A model generated the notes under the pieces. The model saw nothing but the letters and a program-made list of their open reading frames with translations. It made no database searches and was not told the DNA's origin. DNA of 64,000 bases from the NCBI GenBank assembly GCA_016699875.1, contig CP064989.1, positions 776,788-840,787 on the forward strand. Direction: 5' to 3'. Within the stretch, counting starts at the first letter, position 1. Every line of letters starts with the position of its first letter. Position numbers and translations under genes: made by a program. Shown piece after piece: positions 60,470 through 64,000 of this stretch. The stretch is from Candidatus Moraniibacteriota bacterium (GTDB taxonomy: Bacteria; Patescibacteriota; Minisyncoccia; Moranbacterales; UBA1568).

Positions 60470-63133
60470 ATGAGCGAAGATACATCTATCCGGTTTGGCG
60501 CTCGGAATGGCGAAACTATCCGTTCGGAATTTCCCAGTCGACCCGCGACTCCTGTGCGGACGGGAATGCATAGTTTTATGGGGCAAGGGATGACTACATC
60601 TCCATCATCAGGAAGCGAGAGTGTTCGAGTGTCATCAGATCGCGCTTCATGGATAGCGAAGTTTCTGGATGGGCTTGCGACAACAAGTCTTTTCATGATC
60701 TTTTTTGGATTTCCGCTCTTTTTCCTTTCCCTTACGCTTCAGGGAATTGTTTTTGAAAAGCAGATATATTTTTATTTTTGGTTGCTCTTAGGCTTGGTTG
60801 GTTGGGTTTCGAAAGCAATTGTGACAGGCGAGCTTCGCATTCGACATACGCCTCTGGATATCCCGCTCCTTTTGTTCTGGGTGATAGTGGGAATCTCCTG
60901 TTTCTTTTCGGTCGACAAATGGCACAGTCTCTGGGGATTTTTTGGTGATCCGTCACGCGGGTTTCTCAGTATTACCGCATTGGTTCTGGCGTATTTCTTT
61001 ATAGTGAGCCATATCAATATGCGGCGTTTCCAGATTATGCTGGGCGCCATTCTCTTGTCTGGGGTTTTGGTGGCGTTGTGGACAACACTCGCGTTCTTTG
61101 GTGTTCGATTTTTGCCGGAAGCGTTGTTGAAGTATGCTCCACTCAGTCTTTTTGGCACTTTGCGGTCACTCACGCTTTTCTTTGGAATGATTTTGCCGGT
61201 TTTCCTCATTGGCATTATCTCGCTTTTTCAATGGTTCAAAGAAAAAAACTGGTTTTTTTGGGTTAGTATCGTGACACTGTCGATTGGTCTCCTCCTGGAT
61301 CTCTATATTCTCATGGCGGTTTATGCGTTTAGTCCGTGGTTTTCTGTCTTGGTTGGAGTGAGTTTCTTTCTTATCTACGTGTTGGCGCAGGTTGTTCGTT
61401 TGGGAGATAAGTTCAACTGGATGCCGATGGCACTCTTTGTACTGGTGCTCATCTTTCTGATGATTGGCAACCAGGGAAATGCGTTTATCTCGAAGAAAAC
61501 TACGATTCTTCCTGAGGTGGCGCTTGATCAGGCCTCGTCTTGGATAATTGCCAAAGATGCCTTGAAGGAGCGGTTGATCGTGGGTTCCGGTCCGGCGACA
61601 TATGGCTATGATTTCTCTCTCTATAAGCCGGATAGTTTGAATCAGGGTCTCCAAAGCAGTTTCCGTTTCTACCAGAGTGGGAATCTTTTCCTGGAGATGC
61701 TGACAACGGTTGGTGTAGTGGGAGGGTTTTTCTTCCTTATTTTCTTCCTCGTTTTTCTTGGGGTTGGATTTGTAGGGCTTTCGAGGGAAAAGGAGCGCAA
61801 CAAGATGTTTTCGCTGGGTATCTGGGCGTCAGCGTTGGTCTTCGTTGTGGCTATATTTCAGATGCCAATCGAGGGACCGGTATTTATATATGGCATGTTG
61901 ATTCTTTTCTTGGCAATTCCGGTTCTCTTGGAAGAAAGCGGGCAAGGAGATGAATCTATTCGTCTTTCATTGAAAGCGTCTCCAAAGTTCGCGCTTGCGC
62001 TTGCTTTTATCTTTATGGTGGTTTCCGCTGGTGTAGCATTTCTCTTTGCGTTTGTTGGGAAGGCATTTTTGGCAGATGTGCGCGCCGGGCAAGCAAGCCG
62101 CTTGGCATCAGCCGAAGTGACTTCTGACGCGCTGTCTTCCATGGCTCGATCACTCTCTCTTTTACCGTATGAAGGGCGATATTACGCAGTACTCGGACAG
62201 ATGTATATGTCGCTTGTAAATAAGGAAGCGGCGAAACCTGAGGATGAACGGAATCTTGATATGATAAAGTCGACAGTTGAGCGAAGTGTTATTCCTCTGG
62301 TCGACGAGGCAACAAAGCGCATGCCAAATGATGTCTTGGTCTATGAAGTGTCCGGGCAGGTTTATGAAAACGTGAGTCTTCTTGCAGGGTCGGATCCGGA
62401 TGTTCTGGCACGGACAAGCGAGGTATATCATCGCGCACTCGATCTTGAACCGAAGAATCCAAACTTTTATGTAAAACTCGGACTGATTGATCGTGTTCTT
62501 GCTAATCGCGATGATAAAAAATCAGTTCGGGCCGACCTCTTGAATGAAGCAAAAAGTTATTTTGATACGGCGCTAGACAAAAAGTCTGATTTCATTGCGG
62601 GATACTTGAACCGAGGGCTCACTGAAGAAGCGCTTGGAGATATTGACGGCGCAGTAAAAGACCTCAAGACAGCACTCTCAATCGGTCCGAGTTCCGATGC
62701 ATCTTTTCATCTCGCAAGAATTCTTCAGGTTCGGGGCACGGAGGATGATCTCAATCAGGCAGAAAAAGTTTCCCTCGATGCCATGAAGCGTGATGAATCC
62801 AATGTGAATATTCTCATTAATCTCGGATTTATCTACGAGAAGGAAAAGAAATCGGATAAGGCGATAGAAACCTACGAGAAGCTCCTTGATATTTTCAGGG
62901 ATGATACGTACGCGGAAACCCGGACGCAAATCAATGTGCTTATTGATAATGTAAAGAGTGGAAAGGGAAATCTTGCCAAATCGGCATCGGATATATCAAC
63001 GGAACCGGCATCAAAAGCTCCGACAGAGATTCCGCCGGCCGCTGAAGATGTGACGAATGCTCCGGCGGTGATTCCAGCGCCTGGAGCGACTGTGCCAGCT
63101 CCTGCCGAGACGCCGGAAACACCAGCTCCTTAG
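60470..63133 (+). CDS. Polytopic O-antigen-ligase-like (Wzy_C) membrane protein with C-terminal TPR repeats and Pro-rich tail; possible pilin/protein O-glycosylation or polymer ligase
   Basis: 887 aa; ~12 TM helices; Wzy_C-type signature (GSGPATYGYDF...FYQSGNLFLEMLTTVGVVG); C-terminal ~350 aa of TPR-like helical repeats; adjacent to pilB. Confidence 0.6.
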   Translation: MSEDTSIRFGARNGETIRSEFPSRPATPVRTGMHSFMGQGMTTSPSSGSESVRVSSDRASWIAKFLDGLATTSLFMIFFGFPLFFLSLTLQGIVFEKQIYFYFWLLLGLVGWVSKAIVTGELRIRHTPLDIPLLLFWVIVGISCFFSVDKWHSLWGFFGDPSRGFLSITALVLAYFFIVSHINMRRFQIMLGAILLSGVLVALWTTLAFFGVRFLPEALLKYAPLSLFGTLRSLTLFFGMILPVFLIGIISLFQWFKEKNWFFWVSIVTLSIGLLLDLYILMAVYAFSPWFSVLVGVSFFLIYVLAQVVRLGDKFNWMPMALFVLVLIFLMIGNQGNAFISKKTTILPEVALDQASSWIIAKDALKERLIVGSGPATYGYDFSLYKPDSLNQGLQSSFRFYQSGNLFLEMLTTVGVVGGFFFLIFFLVFLGVGFVGLSREKERNKMFSLGIWASALVFVVAIFQMPIEGPVFIYGMLILFLAIPVLLEESGQGDESIRLSLKASPKFALALAFIFMVVSAGVAFLFAFVGKAFLADVRAGQASRLASAEVTSDALSSMARSLSLLPYEGRYYAVLGQMYMSLVNKEAAKPEDERNLDMIKSTVERSVIPLVDEATKRMPNDVLVYEVSGQVYENVSLLAGSDPDVLARTSEVYHRALDLEPKNPNFYVKLGLIDRVLANRDDKKSVRADLLNEAKSYFDTALDKKSDFIAGYLNRGLTEEALGDIDGAVKDLKTALSIGPSSDASFHLARILQVRGTEDDLNQAEKVSLDAMKRDESNVNILINLGFIYEKEKKSDKAIETYEKLLDIFRDDTYAETRTQINVLIDNVKSGKGNLAKSASDISTEPASKAPTEIPPAAEDVTNAPAVIPAPGATVPAPAETPETPAP

Positions 63134-63156
63134 AGGGAGCTAACCTCTCTTCCAAA

Positions 63157-63192
63157 GAAAATGATCCTCGGAAACGAGGACTTTTTCTTTGC
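63157..63192 (+). terminator. Candidate terminator after Wzy_C/TPR gene
   Basis: cctcg-gaaa-cgagg followed by actttttcttt. Confidence 0.5.
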
Positions 63193-63206
63193 GTGGGATG
63201 CCGAGC

Positions 63207-63234
63207 TTGACAATCTGTTTTCATTTGCTATGAT
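63207..63234 (+). promoter_or_regulatory. Sigma70-type promoter TTGACA-16-TATGAT upstream of 23S rRNA leader
   Basis: ttgaca 63207-63212, 16-nt spacer, tatgat 63229-63234; ~300-nt leader with stem-loops (gccggtc...gaccggc; gtccc-gcaa-gggac) before mature 23S 5' end. Confidence 0.5.
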
Positions 63235-63532
63235 GAGCACTACGTACGGAGAAACAGCTTTCTCCAGCGTTTTTTCTCACTGTATTCCTTGTGCTGAAAT
63301 GCTGAGTTTTTTCGGTTGTATTGGAAAGACTTTCATTTCCGCAGAAATTCACCTTGACAATCAGGACTTGCCTTCTTTTCTCGACGATGCGGAATGCGGG
63401 GAAGGGTGGCAGGCACAAGAGAGTAGGTGAAGCGATGTGCCGGTCGGGTAAAAGCTGCCTGACCGGCAACCGAAGGTCCGAAAGGCTCTCGTCCCGCAAG
63501 GGACGGAAGTTTCTCGGACAACAATGAAAAGC

Positions 63533-64000
63533 GGTTACACATGCGCATGGTGGATGCCTAGACTTGAACAAGCGATGAAGGACGTAGCAGGCTGCGATAA
63601 GCCTCGGGGAGTCGCCAAGCAGACTTTGATCCGGGGATTTCCGAATGGGACAACCCAACTCCGCATAAGCGGAGTTATCACGCATCCGAATACATAGGAT
63701 GGTGGAGCGCACCCGGGGAACTGAAACATCTTAGTACCCGGAGGAAGAGACATCAATAGAGATTCCGTCAGTAGTGGCGAGCGAACGCGGAACAGCCTAA
63801 ACCTCGACTTCGGTCGGGGGGTTGCGAGGTATATGGACTCGGTTGAACGGGGTCGCACACGTTTTTTCTAGCGGAATGGTACTGGAAAGACCAATCATAG
63901 AGAGTGAAAGTCTCGTACGCGAAAGAAACAAACGGGCGATGCATATATCCTCAAGTAGGGCGGGGCCGGAGAAACCCTGTCTGAATCTGGGAGCACTAAC
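63533..64000 (+). rRNA. rrl: 23S ribosomal RNA, 5' portion (continues beyond window)
   Basis: Universal 23S domain I sequences: GGTTAC...GGTGGATGCCTAG, GATGAAGGACGTAG, GCTGCGATAAGCCTCGGGGAG, TTTCCGAATGGG, GGAACTGAAACATCTTAGTACCCGGAGGAAGAGA, GTAGTGGCGAGCGAACG. Confidence 0.9.

Noticed and set aside
63161-63430. ORF 63161..63430+ (89 aa) and other small ORFs between 63134 and 63533
   Set aside because: They fall inside the promoter and processing leader of the 23S rRNA, and there is no RBS.

Overview
The window reads as a compact, gene-dense bacterial chromosome segment transcribed almost entirely on the + strand and using the standard genetic code (long ORFs are uninterrupted). Housekeeping content: tgt-rpoB-rpoC, ftsK, rpsF-ssb-rpsR, efp, gyrB, rplY/pth, an LCP-family protein, lepB, hisS, a HIT-family protein, rpsU-yqeY, dgkA, ftsA…ftsZ, a split comEC, ndk, tRNA-Pro, mscL, rpmB, rpsL-rpsG-fusA, and the 5' end of a 23S rRNA. 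Two type IV pilus modules are present: pilB(partial)-pilC-pilin at the start, and a second pilB next to a Wzy_C/TPR membrane protein and a secreted coiled-coil lytic-transglycosylase-like protein.

Gene content and architecture (many large secreted repeat proteins, T4P plus ComEC, a 23S rRNA not linked to 16S, several leaderless-type promoters) fit a small-genome Gram-positive-type or CPR/Patescibacteria-like organism. That placement is inference only. I saw no CRISPR array and no integrase, transposase or reverse-transcriptase genes.

Three regions stand out:
- A 9-kb surface-protein locus at 2.5-11.7 kb. Two divergent paralogous adhesin-like proteins end in a ~450-bp, ~97% identical inverted C-terminal Cys-rich cassette.
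- A 2.3-kb insertion between ftsA and ftsZ. It encodes a bitopic acidic protein, a secreted Gly/Ser/Cys-rich fibre-like protein, and a dedicated S26 signal-peptidase paralog.
- A cell-wall-hydrolase cluster at 49.1-53.7 kb: an M50 protease, two paralogs sharing a duplicated N-terminal anchor, a truncated CHAP amidase remnant, an M23 peptidase fused to two CARDB domains, and a small secreted protein. It may be an effector/immunity-type system.

All coordinates and motif calls come from reading the sequence and the ORF track by eye. No database searches were run.
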